Source: Candidatus Pelagibacter sp. (GTDB lineage Bacteria > Pseudomonadota > Alphaproteobacteria > Pelagibacterales > Pelagibacteraceae). Taken from it: 64,000 nucleotides of DNA. Location of the stretch: assembly GCF_052049575.1 (NCBI RefSeq), contig NZ_JBNGZQ010000001.1, forward strand, positions 40,209-104,208, in the 5' to 3' direction. Shown here piece by piece: positions 31,042 through 40,752 of this stretch. Made by a program: the position numbers and the translations under genes. How positions within the stretch are numbered: position 1 is the stretch's first letter; every line of letters begins with the position of its first letter. A model generated the notes under the pieces. That model was not told the DNA's origin. It did not search any database and saw only the letters and a program-made list of their open reading frames with translations.

Positions 31042-31898
31042 AAAATTTAACAGATCAGCAAAAAGGATCACTGCTTGCTTTCGTAGCTGTAATGTTTATT
31101 ACACCTGACTCTTTATTTATCAGACTTTCTAATATCGATACTTGGGGTCTTGTTTTTTATCGTGGAATAATTCCATTCTTAACAGTTTTTTTTGGAATGC
31201 TATTAATTTATAAATTAAATTTTTTTAAAATACTTTTTACAAGTGGTTATCATGGTATAATTTACGTGGCTACTTTTAGTATTACAAACATTACATTTGT
31301 AGTCTCTATTCAAAATACAAATGTAGCAAATACTTTAGTAATGATAGCAACCGCACCAATGTTATCAGCAATACTTGGTGCCATCGTTTTAAAGGAACCC
31401 CCTGACAAAAAAACTTGGCTTTCAATAATTGTTACTTTTTTTGCAATTATCTATATTTTTTTCGATTCTCTTAAATTAGGTAACTTTTATGGAGATATCT
31501 TAGGATTTATCACTGCAATTGGTCTTGCCGTAGGTGCTATTACAATCAGATCTGCAAAATCCAAAAATTTAGTTCCAGCAGCAGTAGTAGGCAAACTATT
31601 TGTTGCCACTTTCGCTTTATTCTTTATTGAGAGTTTTGCTCTTTTAGAAAAAGACCTGATTATAGTGCCTTTAATGTGCATTTTGTGTGTTGCTATACCT
31701 TTTGTCTTAGTGACTATTGCTCCAAGGTTTATCCCCGCTGCAGAGGTTAACTTGTTTTTTTTGCTAGAAACCATAATAGGTCCTATTTGGGTTTGGTTGA
31801 TTATTAAAGAACAACCAAGTATTGAAACTCTTTATGGTGGGATTGTTATTATAACGACCATTGCAATTCACTCTTTTTTAAAGCTTAAAAATTCTTAA
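31038..31898 (+). CDS. DMT/EamA-family transporter
   Basis: About 10 TM helices in two EamA repeats; TAPMLSAILG.IVLKE, IPAAEV.L..LLE. Start moved to ATG 31038, which overlaps the gshB stop (ATGA). Confidence 0.85.
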   Translation: MKNLTDQQKGSLLAFVAVMFITPDSLFIRLSNIDTWGLVFYRGIIPFLTVFFGMLLIYKLNFFKILFTSGYHGIIYVATFSITNITFVVSIQNTNVANTLVMIATAPMLSAILGAIVLKEPPDKKTWLSIIVTFFAIIYIFFDSLKLGNFYGDILGFITAIGLAVGAITIRSAKSKNLVPAAVVGKLFVATFALFFIESFALLEKDLIIVPLMCILCVAIPFVLVTIAPRFIPAAEVNLFFLLETIIGPIWVWLIIKEQPSIETLYGGIVIITTIAIHSFLKLKNS

Positions 31899-31956
31899 GC
31901 TTGTCACAATTAAGACTTGATTTAATAATACATCGCGAATACTTACGGCTGATTTT

Positions 31957-33297
31957 ATGGATAAAGTTTTAAAAAATTCGTGGGCTCTATTTTTGGGCAT
32001 GGGATGCATAATGATGGCCTATGGTTTTCAAGGATCTTTACTTGGAGTTAGAGCTGTCCAAGAAGAATTTAGTCTTACTTCCACCGGCTTTATGATGTCA
32101 GGATATTTTGTTGGTTATTTCATAGGAGCTGCAACTATACCAAAAATTATTTCCAGAGTTGGACATATAAGAGTTTTTGCTGCATTTGCTTCTTTAGCAT
32201 CATTAATAATTTTAATTCATTCAATATTAGTAAATCCTTTTATATGGTTTTTACTCAGAGTGCTTACTGGAATAAGTATGGTTTGTATTTACACTGTTGC
32301 AGAGAGTTGGCTAAACGATAGATCAAGTAACAAAAATAGAGGAAGTGTTTTATCTGTTTATATGGTCGTTCTTTATGGAACAATGGGAATTGGAATGTTC
32401 TTGCTTAATTTTAGTAGTCCTAAAAATTTTCAACCATTTATTTTAGTTTCTGTAATTACTTCAGCAGCACTGATTCCTATTTTGCTAACTAAAAAAAAAC
32501 CACCTACTTTTAAAAGTATTAAAGCTATGAACCTTAAAGAACTTTATCATGCTTCTCCATTTGGTATGGTAAGTTCTCTTTTTTATGGGACTATTCAATC
32601 TGCATTGTTTACTTTATTGGCTGTTTATGCAACATCAATGAATTTTACTATACTAGAAATTTCAATTGTGACTTTCCTTTTAGCAGTCTCAGGAGCAATA
32701 GCTCAATTTCCAATAGGAAAAATATCCGATATGTATGATAGAAGAAAAGTTATTGTTTTTAGCACGTTTGGTGCTGCAATGTTTTCAATTTTTGCAATAT
32801 TGGTATCAAGACAAATGTATTTACCTGGAAGCCTTGCAACTAGCAAAACATGGTTTTACGTTTTTTTTATTTTATTTTCTTTTTGTAGCTTGCCTATGTT
32901 TTCATTAATTTTAGCTCATACGAATGACTACATATCAAAAGATAAATTTGTTGCTGCTGGTGCAGGACTACAGTTTGCATTTGGATTAGGTGCTATGAGT
33001 GGGCCATTTTTGTGCTCAATATTTATGGACTTAGTCGGATCAAATGGATTTTTTATATTTTTATTTTTCTTTCATTGCGTTATAGGTTTTTTTGGTATTT
33101 ATCGAATGAAAGTAAGACAGAGTGTTGATAACCCCGATTCCCAATTTGTTGCTATGCCACAAACAATTACTCCAGCTGGAATAGAGTTAAATCCAATAAC
33201 GGAACATATTGAAGAACCCTACTCAGACAAAGTAAAAGAAATATTAGAGAGAAAAGGTGTTAAATATAAAAAAGATGAAGATCAAATGAAAGCTTAG
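31957..33297 (+). CDS. MFS transporter, YcaD-like
   Basis: About 12 TM helices; MSGYFVGYF.G, VGHIRVFAAFASL, AESWLN, QFPIGKISD.YDRR. Confidence 0.88.
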   Translation: MDKVLKNSWALFLGMGCIMMAYGFQGSLLGVRAVQEEFSLTSTGFMMSGYFVGYFIGAATIPKIISRVGHIRVFAAFASLASLIILIHSILVNPFIWFLLRVLTGISMVCIYTVAESWLNDRSSNKNRGSVLSVYMVVLYGTMGIGMFLLNFSSPKNFQPFILVSVITSAALIPILLTKKKPPTFKSIKAMNLKELYHASPFGMVSSLFYGTIQSALFTLLAVYATSMNFTILEISIVTFLLAVSGAIAQFPIGKISDMYDRRKVIVFSTFGAAMFSIFAILVSRQMYLPGSLATSKTWFYVFFILFSFCSLPMFSLILAHTNDYISKDKFVAAGAGLQFAFGLGAMSGPFLCSIFMDLVGSNGFFIFLFFFHCVIGFFGIYRMKVRQSVDNPDSQFVAMPQTITPAGIELNPITEHIEEPYSDKVKEILERKGVKYKKDEDQMKA

Positions 33298-33929
33298 TTT
33301 AGGTTTTCAATATATTTAGACATTTTATTTAAAACACCTCTTTTCGAAAGTTTGTCAGTTCTAATTAAAATTGCATCTTTGACTTTAACAAGTGGACTAT
33401 TTTTTCTTGTTTTATCCATTTTTGTTCTATTTTTTAAGGATTTTTTTACTTCTTTTAATGGCACTGACTTTTTTAAATCTAACCATCTTCTGTAACTAGA
33501 AACACTTAAATTACATTTGAAATAAAAAGCTAGGTCGTATTTTGGATTTTTAGCCAATATTTTACTTGCTATATCTCTACCCTCTATACAAATCTTTTTA
33601 TTCTTTTTGATCAATGCCTTTTGAAATGTATTTATTATTTTCCGGATATTTCTATTTTTAGCTAAAATAGCAACATGGTTACTAATTTGTTGTGAGTGTA
33701 AATTTAATTTAACTATTTTTTTATAGGAAATACTTTTAAATCTTTTTTTTAAGAAATTAACAATATCTTTGGGATTATTTTTGATTATTTCTTTACTTGC
33801 ATATCTATACAATAATCCTGAATTGATAAGTAACAGTTTATATTTTCTAGAGATGAGCTTTGCTGCAGTACTTTTTCCACTGGCTGACTCCCCGTCACAA
33901 GCAATTATTAATTTTTTAAATTTTTTCAT
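33294..33929 (-). CDS. cmk: Cytidylate kinase (divergent)
   Basis: DGESASGKST P-loop, SGLLYR, EGRDI, YFKC...S.YRRW, R...D..R..SPL....DA..I.T. Confidence 0.78.
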   Translation of the reverse strand: MKKFKKLIIACDGESASGKSTAAKLISRKYKLLLINSGLLYRYASKEIIKNNPKDIVNFLKKRFKSISYKKIVKLNLHSQQISNHVAILAKNRNIRKIINTFQKALIKKNKKICIEGRDIASKILAKNPKYDLAFYFKCNLSVSSYRRWLDLKKSVPLKEVKKSLKNRTKMDKTRKNSPLVKVKDAILIRTDKLSKRGVLNKMSKYIENLN

Positions 33930-34102
33930 GCAACTTTAATAATATTTACGTTCGATTTATGCAAAAAGATTATGAATTTTGTTATTTTTAACAAGTATTA
34001 ATCACTTACAGGTTGAAACTCAAAATAAGCACTAAAGAGCTAAAGCGAAGATTGAAACATTGAAAAAATATAAAATATTTGTTCTTATACACGAATAAAA
34101 AA

Positions 34103-34840
34103 ATGCCTAAAAAAAAAATTAAACAAAAAAAAATAAAAAAAAAAATTGGGGTTGCGAAGATCGCTAATTTTTCTACTAAATCCTTTTTAAGTAATGCAAT
34201 TTCTAATTACAAAAAAAACAAAGAAATTAATAAAATCAAAGCTATTAAATTAGAAAAACTACAAGAAAAAAATCAAATCCTTAAAGAAAGAAAAGATCTT
34301 AAAATTTGGGAAGAAAGACTCATTAAAGAAAGCAATAAATTAAAATTTAATGAAGATGAATTAAGATTGAAAGAAAAAGAAATTAAGATTAAAGAGGACG
34401 CTCAAAAGTTAGAGTCAACTAGATTAATGAAAAAAGATGAAGAGTTAGTACTTATAAGTAAAGAACTAAGAGCTAAAGAGAAAGAACTAAAATTAAGAGA
34501 AGAGTCTCAAAATAGAAAAGATATTGATTTAAAGGTTCGAGAAGAAGAGCAAAAAAACTTTGAACTTAAAGAAAAAAGAAGAAAAGAAAGAGCCTTAAAA
34601 ATGATTAAAGAAGAAGAAGAAAAACAAAAAGAACTTGAGTATATTAAAATAAAAGAATGGGAAGAAAAATTTGATAGAGAACAAAAAGCAAAAGAACATA
34701 GAGAAAATTTAAGAGAAGAGAGATTAAGACAAAGAGAATTAGAAAAACTTAAATCATTCGAAAAAACTGAAAATCCTGTTGACAAAAATCTTTCCTCAGG
34801 ATTAGAAAAATTTGAAGTAGATGTTACAAAAGAAAATTAA
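34103..34840 (+). CDS. Hypothetical Lys/Glu-rich coiled-coil protein
   Basis: Long open frame (TTG at 34079 in the ORF track, or ATG at 34103). Basic N-terminus followed by 12 uninterrupted heptads. No recognised family. Confidence 0.6.
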   Translation: MPKKKIKQKKIKKKIGVAKIANFSTKSFLSNAISNYKKNKEINKIKAIKLEKLQEKNQILKERKDLKIWEERLIKESNKLKFNEDELRLKEKEIKIKEDAQKLESTRLMKKDEELVLISKELRAKEKELKLREESQNRKDIDLKVREEEQKNFELKEKRRKERALKMIKEEEEKQKELEYIKIKEWEEKFDREQKAKEHRENLREERLRQRELEKLKSFEKTENPVDKNLSSGLEKFEVDVTKEN

Positions 34841-35958
34841 TTTTTCTGAATAGGAAAATAATCTTTTAAATCACCTTCCCTATAAACATCAGCTGTACAA
34901 CAATGAATACCGCCGCCAAAGGCATAAGCATCTCTTAATTCGACAGGAACAACTTCCATTCCTAATTTATCTAATTGTTCAGCTTGGTAAATTTCACTTT
35001 TTTCGACGCAAACTGTTTTTGGATCAAGAACTAAAACATTCATAGATAACCATACTGATGAGTAACAAAGTGGTGGTGGTTCATTATGTGCTGGCTGAGC
35101 GCTATCAATTATTTTCCATCCATTGTCCTCAAATAGTTTTCTTTGTTCTTTTGGTAGTCTTCTTTGAGGATTATTTATAATTAAACCTTCTTTAATGGGT
35201 GTAAAAGTTGCATCAATATGAATTGGATATGGATCACCTGGAAAATTTACAGCATGAACTCTATGATCTTTAAAATGTCTTCTTAACCAATCAATTCCTT
35301 TTAAATTTGTTGTAAAACCATGTTGTACAATTAAGTCCTTTCCGAACCTCAAAACATCTGCAGCATCAAATAAAGGTTCCTCTTCTGTTGTTACAAAGAA
35401 TTTTTCTTCAGTCCATTTAAGTCTTTTTTGAATACCGATCTTGTCTGACAAATAATCTTCACGATAATCTGCGTCTGTTAATCTTGGTTTTGGTGCAGTT
35501 TCATGACGCATATTCTTGTCTATTTCAAAATATTTTTTAATCAGCGGTCTATAATTTAGATATTCAAACCATCTACATCTATAGCTCATTGTTGCTTCAA
35601 GCATTTCATTTCCAACTGTAAGTATAATATCTCTAGCTGGCATACATCCAAACATACTATCAACCTTCCAATCGGGAGTAGAAATTTTTTGATTATGATT
35701 TAGTGGAACTGGTCGGTCAACTTTAATGCCTCTTTTTTCCAAGATTGAAGCAAAATTATTTAATAACTCATTTGCTTTATCAACTGTATCTTTAGTACGA
35801 GGTCCATGAGAACCTTTCATATCTGAGTCTTCTGGTACTTTAGCATCTAAAGCAGGTTCTGGTGCAGGTATACAACAACCGTCTGCTTTTCCAACTATAA
35901 CATGTTTAAGTGGATCCCATTCGTTCCAACTATTTACAATAACTTTGTCCTTACTCAT
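34837..35958 (-). CDS. Amidinotransferase, glycine amidinotransferase (AGAT)-like
   Basis: SWNEWDPLKHVIVG, RDIILTVGNEMLEATM..R.RWFEY, APKP, EPLFDAAD, HIDATF, WLSMNVL and GGGIHCCT.DV.R.G, all collinear with AGAT. The Asp-His-Cys catalytic triad is present. Confidence 0.9.
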   Translation of the reverse strand: MSKDKVIVNSWNEWDPLKHVIVGKADGCCIPAPEPALDAKVPEDSDMKGSHGPRTKDTVDKANELLNNFASILEKRGIKVDRPVPLNHNQKISTPDWKVDSMFGCMPARDIILTVGNEMLEATMSYRCRWFEYLNYRPLIKKYFEIDKNMRHETAPKPRLTDADYREDYLSDKIGIQKRLKWTEEKFFVTTEEEPLFDAADVLRFGKDLIVQHGFTTNLKGIDWLRRHFKDHRVHAVNFPGDPYPIHIDATFTPIKEGLIINNPQRRLPKEQRKLFEDNGWKIIDSAQPAHNEPPPLCYSSVWLSMNVLVLDPKTVCVEKSEIYQAEQLDKLGMEVVPVELRDAYAFGGGIHCCTADVYREGDLKDYFPIQKN

Positions 35959-35967
35959 GTTTCAAGA

Positions 35968-36873
35968 TTAATTTAAAGCTATAAATCTTTTATTCCATCG
36001 CATTAACAAACTGTAATAAATTAATGAAATAAATAGAAAAAATCCTCCGACTATAGTGTAAGTATCAGGCACTTCATTTATGCCTAAGATAGGTAACCAA
36101 ACCCAAAAAATTCCACCAATAACTTCAGTCAATGATAGTAATGTTAATTCTGCAGCAGGAATAGCTTTCGAACCAATAGAATATAAAATTAGCCCTAAAC
36201 AAACTAATGTTCCATGTAAGGAAAATAATGCTCCATTATAACTTGTTGAAAAGAATACTTGTTTAGTGCTCAAAAGCATTATAGCTGCAAAAACAAAACA
36301 AAAAAAACCTGAAAAAGCAACAGTTGTAAACTTTGGGGTTTGTGTTCTCCACCTAAGAGTTACAGAAAAAATAGAAAATCCAATTGATGAAAGCATTCCA
36401 AAAATAAAACCAACGAGAGAATTTGATCCAGTACTTCCAAACGCCATAATTATAATTCCTATCGTTGCAATAAAAATAGATATCCAAACATTTAATGAAA
36501 TTTTTTCTTTGAGAAATAAAAAAGCAAGAAGTGCAGTAAAAAAAGGCATTGCTGCCAAGCAAAGCAAAGTGATTGCAGCTGACGCATTGGTAATTGAGTA
36601 AATAAAACTTATCATCGCAATTCCTAATCCGGTTCCACCAATAATTCCTGAGTATCCCATTTTTAAATAATTTTTATAAAATTTGATCCCCTCCTCAAAA
36701 TAAAGATAAAGATTTAAAAGAATAAAAATTGTTAACCCTCTACCAAAAATATACTGCCATGGTACCTGGTTAGGATTATCCATATATCTCACAACAAGAG
36801 GGCCAAAAGACCATAAAATTCCTGCGAACAAAACTACTGGAACTGCGATTTTTGGATTTTTTAATTCAAGCAT
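35968..36873 (-). CDS. DMT/EamA-family transporter
   Basis: About 10 TM helices; AMPFFTALLAFLFLKEKI, IPAAELTLLSLTE; ends 9 nt before the amidinotransferase start. Confidence 0.87.
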   Translation of the reverse strand: MLELKNPKIAVPVVLFAGILWSFGPLVVRYMDNPNQVPWQYIFGRGLTIFILLNLYLYFEEGIKFYKNYLKMGYSGIIGGTGLGIAMISFIYSITNASAAITLLCLAAMPFFTALLAFLFLKEKISLNVWISIFIATIGIIIMAFGSTGSNSLVGFIFGMLSSIGFSIFSVTLRWRTQTPKFTTVAFSGFFCFVFAAIMLLSTKQVFFSTSYNGALFSLHGTLVCLGLILYSIGSKAIPAAELTLLSLTEVIGGIFWVWLPILGINEVPDTYTIVGGFFLFISLIYYSLLMRWNKRFIALN

Positions 36874-37015
36874 CTGGGAAGATTAAATCTAAAAATTTAT
36901 AACTACAACAAAAATGAGATAGCTTTAATCTTAAATTTAACTTTTCCATTTAAAGTTGTGTTCAGCCTATTTCTATTCTTGAATGGTTTTTATTTGTCAT
37001 GTAATTAAAATTAAT

Positions 37016-37414
37016 ATGGATTTAGAAGTGCTAAGTATTGCTGCAAACACAGATAACAATCGAAATATTGAGAACCGGACACATGTCTCAAAGTTAAAAA
37101 ATTCAGTGTGTGGGGATGAAATGCAAATAGAGCTTATATTAAAAAACGAAAAAATTTTAGACTTTGGTTATCAAGGTAAATCTTGTGTATACTGCCAGGC
37201 ATCAGCCAGTTTATTATCGAAAATTTCTATAAATAACCAAAAAGAAAAAATTAACGATTTATGTGATAAAGCTGAATTATATTTTAATGATGATGTGAAA
37301 ATTATAGATAAAAAATGGAATTCTTTGAAAAAATTGATTAAGAAGAAAAATATCAATAAAAAAGATTGTATATTGTTACCTTTCAAAACTTTAAAAAAGA
37401 TAGTATCAAGTTAA
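37016..37414 (+). CDS. NifU/IscU/SufU-like Fe-S scaffold domain protein
   Basis: NSVCGDEM, G.SCVYCQASAS and K.DCILLP give the three scaffold cysteines. Start placed at ATG 37016 (ORF track: 36983). Confidence 0.78.
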   Translation: MDLEVLSIAANTDNNRNIENRTHVSKLKNSVCGDEMQIELILKNEKILDFGYQGKSCVYCQASASLLSKISINNQKEKINDLCDKAELYFNDDVKIIDKKWNSLKKLIKKKNINKKDCILLPFKTLKKIVSS

Positions 37415-37417
37415 ATT

Positions 37418-37882
37418 ATGGGTAATTTTAAACAATCTTTTTTAGCTGGTTTATTTTCAATAATTACAATAGGAATTTTAACATTCCTTACTTATAGAAC
37501 TGAGTTTGGGATCTTTCTATTAGCCTCATTTGGATCATCTATGGTTTTACTTTATGGATATCCTGAAAGTCCATTTGCCCAACCAAAAAATGTTTTTTTC
37601 GGTCATTTAGTTACTGCCATCGTAGGTTTACTTTTTTTAAACTTTGTTCCATTGCCAATCTTTTTAACTATACCATTGGCAGTAGGAGTTGGGGTTGGAT
37701 TAATGATCCTATTAAATGTTACTCACCCACCTGCAGGTGGTAATCCAATAATAGTTATTATTGGTAGTGTCTCTTTTGATTACTTGCTAAGTCCTGTAAT
37801 ATCAGGATCAGTTATAATTATTATTTTTGCAATAATTATTAACAAATTTATTTTGAAAAAATCTTATCCAAGCCAAAAATAA
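37418..37882 (+). CDS. HPP-family membrane protein
   Basis: LASFGSSMVLLYG.PESPFAQPKN...GH and THPPAGG signature. Confidence 0.92.
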   Translation: MGNFKQSFLAGLFSIITIGILTFLTYRTEFGIFLLASFGSSMVLLYGYPESPFAQPKNVFFGHLVTAIVGLLFLNFVPLPIFLTIPLAVGVGVGLMILLNVTHPPAGGNPIIVIIGSVSFDYLLSPVISGSVIIIIFAIIINKFILKKSYPSQK

Positions 37883-37966
37883 TTTTTTATGAAATTATAA
37901 AATTATTTTCAATAAGTAGACCTATTAATATTCCTATTGCTAACGCTATAATTAATTTCTTCTTAT

Positions 37967-39034
37967 TCACTTTTTTAGTACTGGAGATTTTACACCTTTA
38001 ACACCTGATGAAGATAATTTTGATTTCATACTTTGCTTAAGATTTTCCCAAAGCTTAGCCATTCCTAAAGGTTCATAAATCATAAATACTATCATCAATA
38101 GGCCAAATATTACCTGTTCGATTGATGAAATAATTGTAGCATCAATAGCTCCGTGAAATACATTGTTTCCTATAGCATTTAAAAGAACTGGAAAAAGCAA
38201 AATAAATGCTGCCCCTATAAAAGCACCATTAATAGTCCCAAGTCCGCCAAGAATGCACATGAATAAAATTTTAAAAGATAACTTAATATCGAAAGCAACT
38301 GGCTCTAAAGATTTTAGATAACAAAATGCAAAAAGAGCACCAGCTACACCACAATAAAATGCACTAATAGCAAATGCTTGAACTTTAGTTCTTAATAATG
38401 AAACTCCCATGGACTCAGCAGCAATATCCATATCTCTAACTGCCATCCAATTTCTGCCTGTACTTCCTCTTGCCATATTCATAGCTAATAAAGTTAAAAT
38501 TGTGGTAACAGCTAAACATACAAAATACATAGCTAATGGTGTTGTAAATGGTTTTCCTAAAATAACTATATCTTGTGCAGTTATAATCCCTGATGAGTCA
38601 TAGTTTTTAAACCATCCAAATTTATCTATCATCCATATAATAAAAAACTGTGAGGCTAATGTTGCTACCATAAGATAAATTCCTCTAACTTTTAAACTTG
38701 GTAAACCAAACAAAATTCCAAAAGCTGCAGCAATTAAACCCGAAACTATTAGTGAGCCAACGAAACCAAGATCAGGCACTCGTAAAATAAGGTTAAACAT
38801 AGCAAAAGCACCTGCAGCCATAAATCCAGCAGCACCCAAAGCTAATTGACCCGTATAGCCCATTACAATTTGTTGTCCTATAGTAGCTAAAGCCAAGCAA
38901 AGCCAAGGGATTAATATAGAGGTGTACCAATATTCTGTTTTAATAAATGTCGGTATTATTAATACACTTAAAACCATACAAACAGCTAAGTTGATCAGGT
39001 CTTTTTTTGTGTAAGTCATAAAAATTGGTTTCAT
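37967..39034 (-). CDS. Liv-type (HAAT) ABC transporter permease, LivM-like
   Basis: GYTGQLALG.AGFMA.GA, GLPSLKVRGIYL.VATLA, GR.WMAVRDMDIAAESMG, LGGLGTINGA..GA. Confidence 0.92.
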   Translation of the reverse strand: MKPIFMTYTKKDLINLAVCMVLSVLIIPTFIKTEYWYTSILIPWLCLALATIGQQIVMGYTGQLALGAAGFMAAGAFAMFNLILRVPDLGFVGSLIVSGLIAAAFGILFGLPSLKVRGIYLMVATLASQFFIIWMIDKFGWFKNYDSSGIITAQDIVILGKPFTTPLAMYFVCLAVTTILTLLAMNMARGSTGRNWMAVRDMDIAAESMGVSLLRTKVQAFAISAFYCGVAGALFAFCYLKSLEPVAFDIKLSFKILFMCILGGLGTINGAFIGAAFILLFPVLLNAIGNNVFHGAIDATIISSIEQVIFGLLMIVFMIYEPLGMAKLWENLKQSMKSKLSSSGVKGVKSPVLKK

Positions 39035-39037
39035 AAA

Positions 39038-39946
39038 TTAAACTCTCCTAATAATTTTTTCTCCAAATAAACCTTCCGGTCTATATAATAAAAAGAAAAT
39101 CGCTAATACATATGGCGCCCATCCCTCAATGGCACCTCCAAAAAACGGTCCGATATAAACCTCTAATATTTTTTCTACTGCACCAATAATTAAACCACCA
39201 ATAATTGCCCCTGGAATAGAGGAAAAACCACCAATAATTAAAACCGGCAAAGCTTTTAATGCAAGATCAACAAGAGCAAATTGAACACCAGCTCTAGCTC
39301 CCCACATACATCCTGCAACTAAAGCTACCACACCTGCAGCAGACCAAACTAATAACATTATATGTTTTAAAGGAATTCCTATAGAGCTTGCTGCACCTGC
39401 ATCATCTGCAACAGCTCTCAAACCTAATCCAATTTTTGTGTATTTAAATAATAAAAACAGACCAATAATCATTATTGCTGCAACTACCCCAGCAGTAATA
39501 TCAAGTGCGCTAATAAATAATTTTAAATTATCTGCAATCCATGGCACTGGAAAATCTCCTATGCCTAAATCTAATCTTCTTACTTCCACTCCCCATGCTG
39601 CTTGAGCAAGTCCTTCTAAAACATATCCTAAGCCAATTGTGGCCATTAATACTGTATCTTCGCTGGCATTCATTAAAGGTCTTAAAACCAATCTCTCAGT
39701 ACATAAACCAACCACTACCATCAAAAGGGCTGCTAAAATAAAAGCGAGTACAAAAGGTATATTGAAATCTTGCATGAAACCACAGAAAGCAAGAACTGAG
39801 AAAAAAACCATGGCTCCTTGTGAAAAGTTAAATGTTGCTGACGCTTTAAAAATAAGAACAAAGCCTAGAGCAACTAAAGAATACATTGTGCCAGCAAGTA
39901 GACCGCCAACCAGAACTTCCATAAAAAATAGTAATTCATTTGCCAT
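39038..39946 (-). CDS. Liv-type ABC transporter permease, LivH-like
   Basis: G.MYSLVALGFVLIFKAS..FNFSQG, TKIGLGLRAVADD..AA.SIGI, IIGGFSSIPGAIIGG. Confidence 0.92.
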   Translation of the reverse strand: MANELLFFMEVLVGGLLAGTMYSLVALGFVLIFKASATFNFSQGAMVFFSVLAFCGFMQDFNIPFVLAFILAALLMVVVGLCTERLVLRPLMNASEDTVLMATIGLGYVLEGLAQAAWGVEVRRLDLGIGDFPVPWIADNLKLFISALDITAGVVAAIMIIGLFLLFKYTKIGLGLRAVADDAGAASSIGIPLKHIMLLVWSAAGVVALVAGCMWGARAGVQFALVDLALKALPVLIIGGFSSIPGAIIGGLIIGAVEKILEVYIGPFFGGAIEGWAPYVLAIFFLLYRPEGLFGEKIIRRV

Positions 39947-39955
39947 ATTATAATC

Positions 39956-40750
39956 CTAGTGTTCTACTCCTAAGTAAGCATCTATTACTTTTTGGTTTGA
40001 CATTATTTCATCTGGTGTTCCATCACCAATAACCTTGCCATAATCAAGTACAACCACTCTATCAGATATATCCATTACCACTCCCATATCATGCTCGATT
40101 AAAACCATTGTTGTGCCAAGTTCATCATTTACCTTTAAAATAAATCTACACATATCTCTTTTTTCTTCGACATTCATCCCTGCCATCGGCTCATCCAATA
40201 AAATTATTGAAGAGTCGGTTGCAAGAGCTCGACCTAACTCAACTTTTTTTTGTAACCCATAAGGAAGTTTTCCAACAGGAGTATCTTTAATGTCTTCTAT
40301 CTCTAAAAAACTTATTATTTCTTCTGATCTCTCTCTATTTAATTTTTCCTCTTTTTTTACTTTTGGAAGTTGTAAAGCTACCTCAAGGAAATTTGTTTTT
40401 GTGTGAAGTTTTCTACCTACTAGAATATTATCAAGTACTGACATTCTTTTGAAAAGAGCTAAGTTTTGAAATGTTCTAGATAGACCCATTTGAGCCATGA
40501 TATTCGGGGTTATATTAGGTACTATTTGTCCTCTAAAAGATACAGTTCCTTGTTGAGGCTTATAAATTCCATTAATACAGTTTAACATTGAGCTTTTTCC
40601 AGCTCCGTTAGGTCCAATTATTGCTCTAACCTCGTGCTCAAGAACATTAAATGAAGTATCGGTAATAGCCTTAACACCTCCAAAAGCGAGTGAAATATTA
40701 TTTACCTCTAATATTGGCTTTCCTATTTTAAACTTTCTTTCGTATGCCAT
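39956..40750 (-). CDS. Liv-type ABC transporter ATP-binding protein, LivG-like
   Basis: GPNGAGKS, RTFQN, LPYGLQKKVELGRAL, LLDEPMAG, IEHDM, V..AYLG. Confidence 0.95.
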   Translation of the reverse strand: MAYERKFKIGKPILEVNNISLAFGGVKAITDTSFNVLEHEVRAIIGPNGAGKSSMLNCINGIYKPQQGTVSFRGQIVPNITPNIMAQMGLSRTFQNLALFKRMSVLDNILVGRKLHTKTNFLEVALQLPKVKKEEKLNRERSEEIISFLEIEDIKDTPVGKLPYGLQKKVELGRALATDSSIILLDEPMAGMNVEEKRDMCRFILKVNDELGTTMVLIEHDMGVVMDISDRVVVLDYGKVIGDGTPDEIMSNQKVIDAYLGVEH

Positions 40751-40752
40751 AT

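Noticed and set aside
34012-34055. GTTGAAAC / ATTGAAAC / ATTGAAA motifs resembling CRISPR repeat ends
   Set aside because: Only 7-8 nt are shared, spacing is irregular, there are no full-length repeats and no cas genes.
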